From contig CAVWHO010000017.1 in assembly GCA_963754875.1 (NCBI GenBank), positions 32,001 to 96,000 of the forward strand: a stretch of DNA of 64,000 bases. The letters are read 5' to 3'. This DNA comes from Nitrospirota bacterium (GTDB lineage: Bacteria > Nitrospirota > UBA9217). The position numbers and the translations under genes are program-made. Under the pieces are notes generated by a model. The model saw only the letters and a program-made list of their open reading frames with translations. It did not search any database and was not told where the DNA came from. Shown in pieces: positions 47,793-57,176 of the stretch (the first letter of the stretch is position 1; each line of letters starts with the position of its first letter).

Positions 47793-48329
47793 ATGGAACG
47801 TACGCTCCTCCTGAATGCAACATTTGAACCGTTAAAGATCATATCGTGGCAGAGGGCGATCACCTTGCTGACGCAGGGCAAGGTGGAAGTCATCGATTTC
47901 TACGATCGTGACGTCCGCGGTGTGTCCATCACGTTCAAACTTCCCTCTATCCTGCGTCTGCTCAAACTGGTGAAAATCAGGCGCAGCACCAGGGAAGTCC
48001 GCTTCTCTCGCGCAAACATCTATCAACGGGACAAATACACCTGCCAGTACTGCGGCGTGAAACATCCCGCCGAGGACCTGACCTTCGACCATGTTATTCC
48101 CCAGGTTCAGGGCGGTCAGGCCTCATGGGAAAATATCGTGACCGCATGCCTTGCCTGCAACAACAGGAAGGGCGGCAGGACCCCGCAGGAAGCGAAGATG
48201 CGGCTGGTCCGGCTACCTGCAAAGCCCCGTTGGATGCCAGTCGTCACCCTGACGTTCGGCATAAAAAACGCCCCCCTCAGCTGGCGGGACTACCTCTACT
48301 GGAACGTCGAACTGAACAAGGACGGTTAG
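47793..48329 (+). CDS. Standalone HNH endonuclease (McrA-like)
   Basis: RDKYTCQYCG, TFDHVIP, WENIVTACLACNNRKG. Confidence 0.93.
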   Translation: MERTLLLNATFEPLKIISWQRAITLLTQGKVEVIDFYDRDVRGVSITFKLPSILRLLKLVKIRRSTREVRFSRANIYQRDKYTCQYCGVKHPAEDLTFDHVIPQVQGGQASWENIVTACLACNNRKGGRTPQEAKMRLVRLPAKPRWMPVVTLTFGIKNAPLSWRDYLYWNVELNKDG

Positions 48330-48433
48330 CAGGCCCGCAGGTAGAGCGAACACAAACCACGTTCGTAGTGCGCCGGTAGCATGCTCGTTCCCTGTCTATT
48401 TTCCCCCTGTGCGGCCGCCTTCCCCTTTTTTTC

Positions 48434-48462
48434 TTGTCAACAATCGGGTTTGATGCTATAGT
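48434..48462 (+). promoter_or_regulatory. Sigma70-type promoter
   Basis: TTGTCA-17 bp-TATAGT with TGn extension. Confidence 0.55.
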
Positions 48463-48506
48463 TCCAAGCGTCGCTTGGAGGGTAATGCACGTAGGAGGCA
48501 AAGAAA

Positions 48507-49139
48507 ATGAAAAAAAGTTTCTTCTTCATCGTCGTGATCGGAGCCGTGCTGATGCTGTCAGCCGGCAGAGCATCTGCATTCAGGCATTTTTCGGAAAATG
48601 AATTCATGACCGCGGAGAGCCTCGACCCCGGTATGACGCAGACAGGGATCGATTTTACGCTGGGCGATCATTTCACGAGCTACTACCCGGAGATACGCTA
48701 CGGAATGGGGGCATTGCTGGAGCTCGGCGTCCGGTTCGGAGCAACCCAGGCACGGCTCGATAACGGACAAAACCTCGGTGTCCTTGTGGGGGCTGATCTC
48801 AAGTACCAGCTCATAAAGGAGGCCGAAGGCATCCCTGTTGATCTTTCCGTGGATTTGGGCCTGGATAACACCATCATCAGCAGCAAGAACGCCAGCGAAT
48901 TGACCTTTGCGACGATTGCCAGCAAGAGCATCCCCCTGACGGACCGTGGGTACAAGATCGTGCCCTATGGCGGGCTGGCGATGTCGGCCCAGTATGGATC
49001 GCTCCCCGGCAAGAACGAATCCTACGTGAATGGCTTCGTGGGCCTCGAATGGAAACTGACCCAGAAATTCATGGTCCTCCTCGAGTTGAAGGCGGGTGAC
49101 CAGATGACGGGCGGAGCTGGTATCAAATTTGAGTATTAA
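48507..49139 (+). CDS. Probable outer-membrane beta-barrel protein
   Basis: Signal peptide, amphipathic beta strands, terminal GIKFEY. Confidence 0.7.
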   Translation: MKKSFFFIVVIGAVLMLSAGRASAFRHFSENEFMTAESLDPGMTQTGIDFTLGDHFTSYYPEIRYGMGALLELGVRFGATQARLDNGQNLGVLVGADLKYQLIKEAEGIPVDLSVDLGLDNTIISSKNASELTFATIASKSIPLTDRGYKIVPYGGLAMSAQYGSLPGKNESYVNGFVGLEWKLTQKFMVLLELKAGDQMTGGAGIKFEY

Positions 49140-49234
49140 TATTTTTCGCATTGCTGACGGGCCATTAGGCCCAGCTCGTTCCTCCTCGCCGCACTGGTCA
49201 GTCAACTCGCGTGCGCATGATTGGTAAGAACTCC

Positions 49235-49720
49235 ATGACTCATTCGTTATCAGGGAATATTCAGGGAAATCCCCTTTCCGACATCCTCGAAGACTTGCGC
49301 AAGAGGAAGGCCACAGGCACGCTGACCGTGAAGAGAGACAAGGTCACGAAGAGCATTTATGTCAGGGACGGCCAGATAGTTTTTGCCACATCGACGGAGG
49401 TCCAGGATCGTCTCGGTGAAATTCTGGTCAAAACGGGCAAGCTTACGCAGGAAAACATGGACTATGCCCTCAAACTGTACAACAAGAGCGGCGGATTGAA
49501 AAAAATGGGAGCAGTCCTGGTAGAAAACGGCCTCGTTACTCCCAAGGAGTTGTTCGGCGGTTTGAAAATCCAGGTAAAAGACATCATCTACAGTCTTTTT
49601 CTCTGGCAGGACGGTGAATATAAATTCGATGAGCGACTGCCTGCGGACATCATCCAGCTGCAGATAAATTTTCAGGAGCTGATATCGGAGATCATTCAGA
49701 GGATCAAGCACGCTAGCTGA
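49235..49720 (+). CDS. DUF4388 (PatA-N-like) domain protein
   Basis: KATGTLTV, IYVRDGQIVFA, RLGEILV, WQDGEYKF. Confidence 0.8.
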   Translation: MTHSLSGNIQGNPLSDILEDLRKRKATGTLTVKRDKVTKSIYVRDGQIVFATSTEVQDRLGEILVKTGKLTQENMDYALKLYNKSGGLKKMGAVLVENGLVTPKELFGGLKIQVKDIIYSLFLWQDGEYKFDERLPADIIQLQINFQELISEIIQRIKHAS

Positions 49721-49849
49721 AACGTGCGGCAGCGCCTCTTCAAAATCATGCGGTAGCCCCTGTCAAACCCCGTGAATGCCAACTTTTTCAGTTGTCCTTT
49801 CGTGCAATTGCAGGTATAATTTCTTCCGACCTCGCAGGAAATCCGGAGA

Positions 49850-50425
49850 TTGCTGGTGAAATCCCTGAAGCATAATTCTTTCCCCGAAATGGCTGAGCGG
49901 GTGTGCGCCCTGTATAACGAAGAGCAGGACACGCTCCTTCTCGGGATGCTCGGACAGGAGTACGAAATCAGGCATGACGGCATTTTTATCCGCAGCCAGA
50001 AGGCGCCGGGTACCCACGGGGCCGTGATCATTGATTACCTGTTCTCAAAGGGGACGGCCAGTACCATGATGCCATGGCGGACCCTGGGCGACTTCGGCGA
50101 TGCACTGACGCCGGGGTTCCGAAAAAAAGTGGAAGACCCGATCTCCTCGTTTACAACGAAAATCATCACACGTGCGAACAATCTTCTGCCCATGCTGGAT
50201 GCCAAACCAGCGCCCAGCCTCATCGGCAGCGACCTCGCCGTCACGGTTCGCGCCCTTCCCAAGGTATTTCTCCATATCGAGCTTTCGCAAGAAACGCAGG
50301 ATTTTCCCGCTGAGGCCTGGATGCTTTTTTCGCACAATGCAAACGAGTTCCTGACCGTGCCCAACCTTCACGTACTCGCAGAGATATTCAAAGAAAGGCT
50401 CCTGAGCCTGCTCAGGATCTATTGA
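49850..50425 (+). CDS. DUF3786-like protein
   Basis: IIDYL, ALPKV, DFPAEAWMLF..NA..FL pattern. Confidence 0.6.
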   Translation: MLVKSLKHNSFPEMAERVCALYNEEQDTLLLGMLGQEYEIRHDGIFIRSQKAPGTHGAVIIDYLFSKGTASTMMPWRTLGDFGDALTPGFRKKVEDPISSFTTKIITRANNLLPMLDAKPAPSLIGSDLAVTVRALPKVFLHIELSQETQDFPAEAWMLFSHNANEFLTVPNLHVLAEIFKERLLSLLRIY

Positions 50426-50447
50426 CACCGCCCATGCGGAATGCGAA

Positions 50448-51176
50448 ATGCAAAAAGAGAAGTTGACCGCTGCAGATAGGTTTGTCCTGGCCCTGGACGT
50501 TGAGAACGACCAGGAGGCCCTGGGCATCGTCTCCGAACTCAAGGATTCGGTCGGGATGTTCAAGGTCGGGCACCAGCTCTTTACTGCGTACGGTCCGGAT
50601 ATCGTCCGCAGGATCATCAGCATGGGCGGCCGCGTTTTTCTCGACCTCAAATATCATGACATCCCGAACACGGTCGCAAAAGCATCGGCAGAGGCGGTCA
50701 AACTCGGGGTGAGCATATTTAATGTCCACGCCCTCGGCGGACTGGACATGATGAAGGCCTCTGCTGAATCGACGAAAGAAGCGGCGGTCAAGTACGGGCT
50801 GCCGTCGCCGATCGTGCTTGCGGTCACCATTCTCACGAGCATGGATGAAAAAAACCTTCGGAAGGAGCTGAAAATAACTCGGTCGCTCCAGCGGGAGGTG
50901 TCGCACCTGGCGAGACTTGCGCAGCGCGCGGGCATGCACGGCGTGGTCGCCTCGCCCCAGGAAATAAAAATGCTGCGCAGGGCAGTCCGCGGACAGTTCG
51001 TCATCCTTACGCCCGGCGTGCGGCCTGACTGGGCCGGCAAGGACGACCAGAAAAGAATCATGACGCCAAGAGAGGCCGTTGCCGCAGGCGCAGACTACCT
51101 TGTCGTTGGCAGGCCGGTGCTCAGGGCGGCAGACCGCCGGGCGGCGGTGGGAAAGATACTGGAAGAGATAGGATAA
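50448..51176 (+). CDS. pyrF: Orotidine-5'-phosphate decarboxylase
   Basis: ALDV, FKVG, FLDLKYHDIPNT, VTILTS, TPGVR, VVGRP. Confidence 0.97.
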   Translation: MQKEKLTAADRFVLALDVENDQEALGIVSELKDSVGMFKVGHQLFTAYGPDIVRRIISMGGRVFLDLKYHDIPNTVAKASAEAVKLGVSIFNVHALGGLDMMKASAESTKEAAVKYGLPSPIVLAVTILTSMDEKNLRKELKITRSLQREVSHLARLAQRAGMHGVVASPQEIKMLRRAVRGQFVILTPGVRPDWAGKDDQKRIMTPREAVAAGADYLVVGRPVLRAADRRAAVGKILEEIG

Positions 51177-51307
51177 TTTAAAAACACGTCGAAAGGCTGA
51201 AAATTCGGATTAGCGGCAGGGATCAGAATGCAAAAACAGACCCGAACGTAAACTTCGGCTTATTCCGGGAATCTGAGCTCCCCCTCTACAAGGAGTTACG
51301 GCGAATT

Positions 51308-51883
51308 ATGACATCAGATCAGGTACTGGACATCTACAAGAAAACGGGTGCATTGCTCACCGGACATTTTCTGCTTTCCTCGGGACTGCACAGCGAACAA
51401 TATCTTCAGTCCGCCCTGGTACTCCAACAGCCGGACATCGCAACCAAGCTGTGCGCGGCCCTTGCGGAACAATTCAAAAATTCCCGCATTGGGGTCGTCA
51501 TCGCCCCGGCGCTCGGGGGAGTATTTGTCTCCCACGAAACGGCACGGGCGCTCGGCGTCCGGGCGATCTTTGCCGAGCGCGTGAACGGAGAACTGACGCT
51601 TCGGCGGGGGTTTACCATCAAAGCGGGAGAGCGCGTGCTTGTCGTTGAGGACGTCATCACCACCGGCAAGTCCACCAGGGAGACCATCGAAGTCGTAAAG
51701 CAGGCGGGCGGAGTCGTCGTCGCTGCCGCATCTCTCGTGGACCGTTCGGGCGGGAAAGCCGATATCGGCGTGCCCTATAAATCCCTCGTGACGCTGAGCG
51801 TGCCGACCTATTCAGCGGAGGCCTGTCCAATGTGCAAATCAGGAAGCACCCCCATCAAACCGGGCAGCAGGGGACTGAAGTAA
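51308..51883 (+). CDS. pyrE: Orotate phosphoribosyltransferase
   Basis: GHFLLSSGLHS, VEDVITTGKS, KPGSR. Confidence 0.96.
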   Translation: MTSDQVLDIYKKTGALLTGHFLLSSGLHSEQYLQSALVLQQPDIATKLCAALAEQFKNSRIGVVIAPALGGVFVSHETARALGVRAIFAERVNGELTLRRGFTIKAGERVLVVEDVITTGKSTRETIEVVKQAGGVVVAAASLVDRSGGKADIGVPYKSLVTLSVPTYSAEACPMCKSGSTPIKPGSRGLK

Positions 51884-51948
51884 CTCCGACAGGGGCAATG
51901 GCTGCATTCGCGCGAATCAGGAACACGCCCGCAAAATGAGGGGCGGTC

Positions 51949-52926
51949 TTACCTCACGAGGTATTCAAGAATATACTTGAGCGCAAGGGAAACGATCATG
52001 GCCCCCAGCATGAGTTTGATGAATTTTTGGGGCACGTATTTCTGGAGCCGGGCGCCGATATACATGCCGGCAAAGCCGCCGGCGCCGAACAACGATCCGA
52101 GAAACCAATCCGGTGTTACGGCAACGCCACCCGGTCCGGGCAGGAGGCTGTAGAAAAAAATTCCCACGATCGAGGTGAGGAACGTTCCGAGCAGAGCAGC
52201 GCCGGCCACGGTATAGACCGGCAGGTTGAACACCGCCACGCAGAACGGCGCGATGATTGCTCCGCCGCCGATACCGTAGGTGCCGCCGATAATACCCACG
52301 AAAAAAGCCAGCAGGAACATGGCCGGTACGCTGAACCGGAACCGTTCGCCCCAGAATTCGTATTCGATGGAATTGAGATTAAAGGTGATCGTCTTGACCA
52401 CTGCGTCGGCAGGGAGCCCGGCGGCTGCCTGTGAATGGCGCTGCTCCCTGATTCGCTTGACCTGTTCGGAGAACTTGTTGTCCAACTCCCGCAACCCCGC
52501 TTTACTCGCCTGTGCTTTTCCGGTCATTTCGTATAAGAGCCTGCCGCCGACGTACAGGAGCACGATACCGACAAAGAGCTTGAACGTGCGCGGATCGGGG
52601 AGATAGAAAACCCGGAGATAGTAGCCGATGAAGACGCCCGGCAGCGTCCCAACGATGATCACCCATGCGAGCGGCCATGCCATGCGGCCTTCCTTGAAGT
52701 ATTGGAATATGCCGCTCGGGATCGCAACAATGTTGTAGACGAAATTCGTGGAGCTGACTGCGGGGCTGGTAAAGCCGAGAACACTCATCTGGTACGGCAG
52801 CAGAAGGAAGGCCCCGGACACACCGCCCATGGACGTGCATGTCGATACCACGAGCGCTACGAGCGGCGGGAGGAAAACCCAGGTCTTCACCCCGGACAGC
52901 GGGAACAGAACGTACATGCTTTCCAT
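51949..52926 (-). CDS. TauE/SafE family membrane protein
   Basis: GVSGAFLLLP and GIGGGAIIAP repeats; multiple TM helices. Confidence 0.88.
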   Translation of the reverse strand: MESMYVLFPLSGVKTWVFLPPLVALVVSTCTSMGGVSGAFLLLPYQMSVLGFTSPAVSSTNFVYNIVAIPSGIFQYFKEGRMAWPLAWVIIVGTLPGVFIGYYLRVFYLPDPRTFKLFVGIVLLYVGGRLLYEMTGKAQASKAGLRELDNKFSEQVKRIREQRHSQAAAGLPADAVVKTITFNLNSIEYEFWGERFRFSVPAMFLLAFFVGIIGGTYGIGGGAIIAPFCVAVFNLPVYTVAGAALLGTFLTSIVGIFFYSLLPGPGGVAVTPDWFLGSLFGAGGFAGMYIGARLQKYVPQKFIKLMLGAMIVSLALKYILEYLVR

Positions 52927-53325
52927 TGCGGCTACTATAGCATAAAATAACCATGATGAGAATACCCTGCGAACCGGCAGCATACCAGTGCGGCAAAAAG
53001 GTACGCTTAGGAAGTTGTTGGCAGAAGTTGGTCAGCCGTTCTGAATATCAAAATGGGGTATTGAGGAAATTAGCATGCAAGCGGATCCAAGGCGATGAAA
53101 TGAGGTCGCTTTGTCACGCTAAAGAAAAAAATGTTTCTGACGATAAGAAGGGTAAGTTTAGGTACGGGATGGTTACACCTGACGGCTATTGATTCTATTG
53201 ATGCAGATGCCAAACTCGATCTCAACTGTTCGTTGCGAGGGCGTGATGCAAATCACCGCACGATTTCGGACGAAAGGGGCGGTTTTTCCAGTCCATTAAA
53301 ATATTGTAACACGAAAATTAAATGT

Positions 53326-53353
53326 TTGACCTGGGTTCCAATTTTGATATAAT
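53326..53353 (+). promoter_or_regulatory. Sigma70-type promoter for the sigma factor gene
   Basis: TTGACC-16 bp-TATAAT with TGn extension. Confidence 0.6.
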
Positions 53354-53392
53354 TGAAATCAGGGAGTGAGGAAAGGCAGGAAGAGCAGCGAT

Positions 53393-54754
53393 ATGACGAA
53401 AGTGGCATTATCAGAAGAAAAGCAAGAGTATCCCGAAGGCGGGGTGCCTGAAGATGTTCTAGACGAACTTGCCGACGAGCTGGCCGAGGAAGAAGAGGAA
53501 GAAGAGCCTTCTCCGGTCGAGATCGCAGAAGCCGCGGAGGAAGTCGGTGGAGGAGCGGACCTCGTCGATACCTACCTCAAGTCCGTGGGCCGATTCCCGA
53601 TGCTCAAGATCGAAGAGGAGCAGGAATACGTGCGCGTGCTCGAAGAGGGTAAGGCCGCGCTCAAGTTTATTGCCCTGAGCTCTCCGCTCGCGATACCGAG
53701 GATACTCGCCTTGGGTGCGAACATCAAGCAGGGGTTCGTAAAGGCCCAGGATGTTCTGCGTTTTCCCGGTGAATGGAGGGATGCTTTCGAGGCGGATTTC
53801 ATGCGCCTCTACAACCGGTTGAAGCGACAGGTCGCGCGGCGCGACATGGAGCGCGCGACTGGTACGCTCAACGAAATGAGTCTCTCGTTCCGGGAAATCG
53901 AGAAGATGCTCAAAAAACTTTCTACTTTGGCAAAACAGGCCGAGCGCGGGAACACGGCTGAACTGGAAAAACTCGGAATCGATGAGCCGTCGCTCAGGGA
54001 CATGGTCAGGCGCATCGAGCAGGAGGACGTGAGAGTAAAATATGCCAAGGACGAACTGATCAAGGCCAACCTGAGGCTGGTCGTCTCGATCGCGAAGAAA
54101 TACGTGAACCGCGGGCTGACCCTGCTCGATCTCATCCAGGAGGGCAACATCGGGCTCATGAAGGCCGCGGACCGGTACGAATCCGGCAAGGGAACCAAGT
54201 TCAGCACCTATTCCACGTGGTGGATCAGGCAGCGCATCACGCGCGCCATCCTGGATCAGGCCCGCACGATCCGCCTTCCTGTACATCTGATCGAAGAAAG
54301 CACGCGCATCAGCCGTATTTATACCAAGTTCATGCGGGAAAAGGGGAGGGAGCCTTCACCGGAAGAAGTGTCCAAGATAATGGGCCTGTCCGTGGTGCGG
54401 GTGAACGAGATCCTCCGCGCGATCCAGGAGCCGGTGTCCCTCGAAACGCCGATCCTATCGGAGGAGAAGGAACTCAAGGACGTTATTATCGACGAAAAGT
54501 CAGTGTCTCCTTTCAAGACGCTGGAGAACAACGAGGCGTCCAATCGCATCGAGCAGGTGCTGTCGTCTCTCACGGATCGGGAAGAAAAGATCATCAGGAT
54601 GCGGTTCGGCATCGGCGTGGGGAGCGAACACACACTGGAAGAGGTCGGTAAATACTTCAACCTTACCCGGGAACGGATCCGGCAGATCGAGATAAAGGCA
54701 TTGAAAAAATTGCGGCATCCCGCCCGCAGCAAGTTGTTGAGGGAATACGTATAG
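53393..54754 (+). CDS. RpoD/SigA-family sigma-70 factor, probably a non-primary paralog
   Basis: ANLRLVVSIAKKY, DLIQEGNIGLM, TWWIRQ, RTIRLPVH, TLEEVG, TRERIRQIE. Confidence 0.93.
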   Translation: MTKVALSEEKQEYPEGGVPEDVLDELADELAEEEEEEEPSPVEIAEAAEEVGGGADLVDTYLKSVGRFPMLKIEEEQEYVRVLEEGKAALKFIALSSPLAIPRILALGANIKQGFVKAQDVLRFPGEWRDAFEADFMRLYNRLKRQVARRDMERATGTLNEMSLSFREIEKMLKKLSTLAKQAERGNTAELEKLGIDEPSLRDMVRRIEQEDVRVKYAKDELIKANLRLVVSIAKKYVNRGLTLLDLIQEGNIGLMKAADRYESGKGTKFSTYSTWWIRQRITRAILDQARTIRLPVHLIEESTRISRIYTKFMREKGREPSPEEVSKIMGLSVVRVNEILRAIQEPVSLETPILSEEKELKDVIIDEKSVSPFKTLENNEASNRIEQVLSSLTDREEKIIRMRFGIGVGSEHTLEEVGKYFNLTRERIRQIEIKALKKLRHPARSKLLREYV

Positions 54755-54794
54755 CGTCGTTCGGTAATCGGTAAAGAAAAAAGGGAAGGAATGG

Positions 54795-54838
54795 ATCGTG
54801 TCAATTTCGGGCAGAGCTCGGAGTGACACGATTTTTTT
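54795..54838 (+). terminator. Rho-independent terminator
   Basis: ATCGTGTCA...TGACACGAT followed by TTTTTT. Confidence 0.65.
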
Positions 54839-54952
54839 GTCCTTTAACGGCAGCGAGAACCAGGACAAAGAGGGTTGTACCGGGAAATAGTTTCGGACGC
54901 TGAAGCAGCGGATCAAAAACGGAAGGTTTTTTACGGACTCGTCGCTTGCCTG

Positions 54953-55399
54953 TTAATCGTCGGAATGCGGTATGAATTCGATGTCGGCGATGATGCCCGT
55001 CGCTTCATCCAGGTAGGGCATGTCTTGATCAGGGCTGCTGATATAAGCGGCCATGAGAGCATGGGTCCTGTCAACGAGGAACCATATCCTCCAGTGCGTC
55101 AGTTCCTCCTTTTCCTTAAACGTATAGTCAAGGATGGCACTCCCCGTGTCTCCCCTGTCTTCCACCTTTATTGCCTCCCGGGGAAAGGGAATGTCCCGCT
55201 CTTCAAGGGTGTCTTCAAGCAATGTCTTGGCCGCTTCTCCGGGAGGCAATTTCGTATCATCCCGCTCCATGAACGTCAGTTGTATCATTCCCGGCCAGCC
55301 TTCTTTTTCAAGCAAAATATAGCCCATTTCCTCCCGCTCGGTCCAGCCGTCGGGAAGGAAAAGATTAATCCAGCGTTCGTATGTCACTTTTTTTCCCAT
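54953..55399 (-). CDS. Acidic hypothetical protein (possible PsbP/Mog1-like fold)
   Basis: LPDGW near the N-terminus, WRIWF, C-terminal IIADIEF; fold call is pattern inference only. Confidence 0.55.
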   Translation of the reverse strand: MGKKVTYERWINLFLPDGWTEREEMGYILLEKEGWPGMIQLTFMERDDTKLPPGEAAKTLLEDTLEERDIPFPREAIKVEDRGDTGSAILDYTFKEKEELTHWRIWFLVDRTHALMAAYISSPDQDMPYLDEATGIIADIEFIPHSDD

Positions 55400-55466
55400 G
55401 GGGCCATTGTAACGGAGGGGGGAGGGGCAGTCAAATGAGTTTCGCAAATAGGGATGAAAAAACTGT

Positions 55467-55994
55467 TTATATGTGCCACAACTGCTTCAGGACATTTAAA
55501 ATCGTGCCTGCATTCGCTTCGGCAGACTCCCGGCAATCCAGGACAAGCTCGGCGTTTTCCGGAGGTTCATAGGCACTTTGCAGACCGGGGACGGTTGAAG
55601 CTTTTCCCCTCGCGGCATTGCGATAAATACCCTTGGGGTCGCGTTTGATGCAGACTTCCAGGGGGCACCGGATATAGACCTCGATGAATCGGGGAATGAG
55701 CGAACGGGCGTGATCCCGATAGGCTCTTCTATTTGCAGTGGCGTCGAAAATCACGTTGACGCCGTTTTTCGTAATGACGGACCCGAGCGATGCCAGCGTC
55801 TTATAGAACCAATCGCGTTCGGAATCTTCATAGGTCGCGTGGGGGGTCAGGATCGTACGCATGACATCGGACTCCAGCACGACCAGCGACAAGCGATGGC
55901 CCTCCATCATTCTTACCAGCTCCCGCGTGACTGAGCTCTTGCCCGAGGCCGGCATCCCCGTTATCCAGATTGCGAAGCCGCTTTGGGTGCTCAT
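55467..55994 (-). CDS. Adenylyl-sulfate kinase-like P-loop kinase
   Basis: WITGMPASGKS, FIEVYIRCPLEVCIKRDPKGIY, YEPPENAEL. Confidence 0.88.
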   Translation of the reverse strand: MSTQSGFAIWITGMPASGKSSVTRELVRMMEGHRLSLVVLESDVMRTILTPHATYEDSERDWFYKTLASLGSVITKNGVNVIFDATANRRAYRDHARSLIPRFIEVYIRCPLEVCIKRDPKGIYRNAARGKASTVPGLQSAYEPPENAELVLDCRESAEANAGTILNVLKQLWHI

Positions 55995-57076
55995 CGGAGG
56001 TACCTGTTCACGTCTTCGGGATCAAATCGTTCCGCTGCCAGAACATTCTCAATAAAATTGAATATAGATTTTCTTACTGCCGATGAAAGATGGGGATACC
56101 AGACCGGGCTCGCGATCACCAGCCCGCGCCAGGCGAGGAAGGGCGCTATTACTTCGAGCATTTCGTTGTCTTTGGTCCTGGCCAGGTAGCACTCCCAGAA
56201 GAGCCGGAACATTTTTTCAAAGTCGCCTTCCAGTTTGTTGGAGCGCTGGAGAGAGAAGAAGAGGTAGTTGATGGTCATGGTGGCAGCGTCGTCGGCAGGC
56301 TCCCCCCACTCCCCGCGCGAGCGGTCAAGCACCGTGAAGTCCGTGCCCTCCCGAAACAGGATGTTCCAGGGGTGGAAATCACCATGGACGCGGCAGAGGC
56401 GGTGGGAACGGTCCTTGATGCGCCAGCGCCACTCCACACAGCTCATCTCCGTCCTCCGCAGATAGGTGTCGTCGATAGCCTCTACCTTTTTGGGATAATT
56501 ATCGATCAGTCCCATGATGCATTCCCCGTGGCCGAGGAGGTCGCGGATGCGGCGGGTGTAGAGGGCGGGCGCGTCCAGCTTTTGTGCGTGGACCAGGACG
56601 AGATAGTCGGCAAGCGCCCGCACCCTGTCCGTGTCCATCACGGTTGCCGATCCTTTGTCCCTGATCCTCTCCAGGTCCTTGAAATATCCGGAGCCGGCCA
56701 CAAATTCAGTGAGCAGAAAAAATTCTTCGGTCCTGCCCGTTGAGATCATCGCGCCGGAATCAAGGAACGCGCCGCTGTCGAGGGAGCGAACATGGCGGGG
56801 AAGGTTGTTGAAGGCCCGGTGTTCCCAGAGGATTGCCTGGGCCCGGTCTGCATAGTGGTCATGACCGAAGGTGGACGGCGCCATGGTCTCGAGCACTGCC
56901 TTTTTGCGCTCTCCGGCTACCTCATATTCAAGAAACAGCGGAGAACCGTAACCGAATCCCTTGAGGTCGTCTCCTTCCTCTTGCGCACCATGGCCGGTCA
57001 TCGAGATCAGACGGATCTGTTTTTTGTAAAGGGACTCGAGGTAATCCTTGACAGCTTGCATGGATATCGTGGGCAT
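55991..57076 (-). CDS. APH/choline-kinase-fold phosphotransferase
   Basis: Brenner motif HGDFHPWNIL; LDRSRGEWGEPADD; 4-bp overlap with the downstream kinase gene. Confidence 0.85.
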   Translation of the reverse strand: MPTISMQAVKDYLESLYKKQIRLISMTGHGAQEEGDDLKGFGYGSPLFLEYEVAGERKKAVLETMAPSTFGHDHYADRAQAILWEHRAFNNLPRHVRSLDSGAFLDSGAMISTGRTEEFFLLTEFVAGSGYFKDLERIRDKGSATVMDTDRVRALADYLVLVHAQKLDAPALYTRRIRDLLGHGECIMGLIDNYPKKVEAIDDTYLRRTEMSCVEWRWRIKDRSHRLCRVHGDFHPWNILFREGTDFTVLDRSRGEWGEPADDAATMTINYLFFSLQRSNKLEGDFEKMFRLFWECYLARTKDNEMLEVIAPFLAWRGLVIASPVWYPHLSSAVRKSIFNFIENVLAAERFDPEDVNRYLR

Positions 57077-57176
57077 AGATCCCTCGTTGGCGGGTATGCA
57101 TGAAAGGACTTGTTTTCTCTTATTGTACCATGAATTTGAAAGATCGGAGGGACGGGAGCAAGAGGAAAGCCCGGTT

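Noticed and set aside
46108..48329. TA pair + helical-repeat gene + HNH as a defence island
   Set aside because: Mixed orientations, separate promoters, and common standalone families; no methylase, ATPase or mobility gene.
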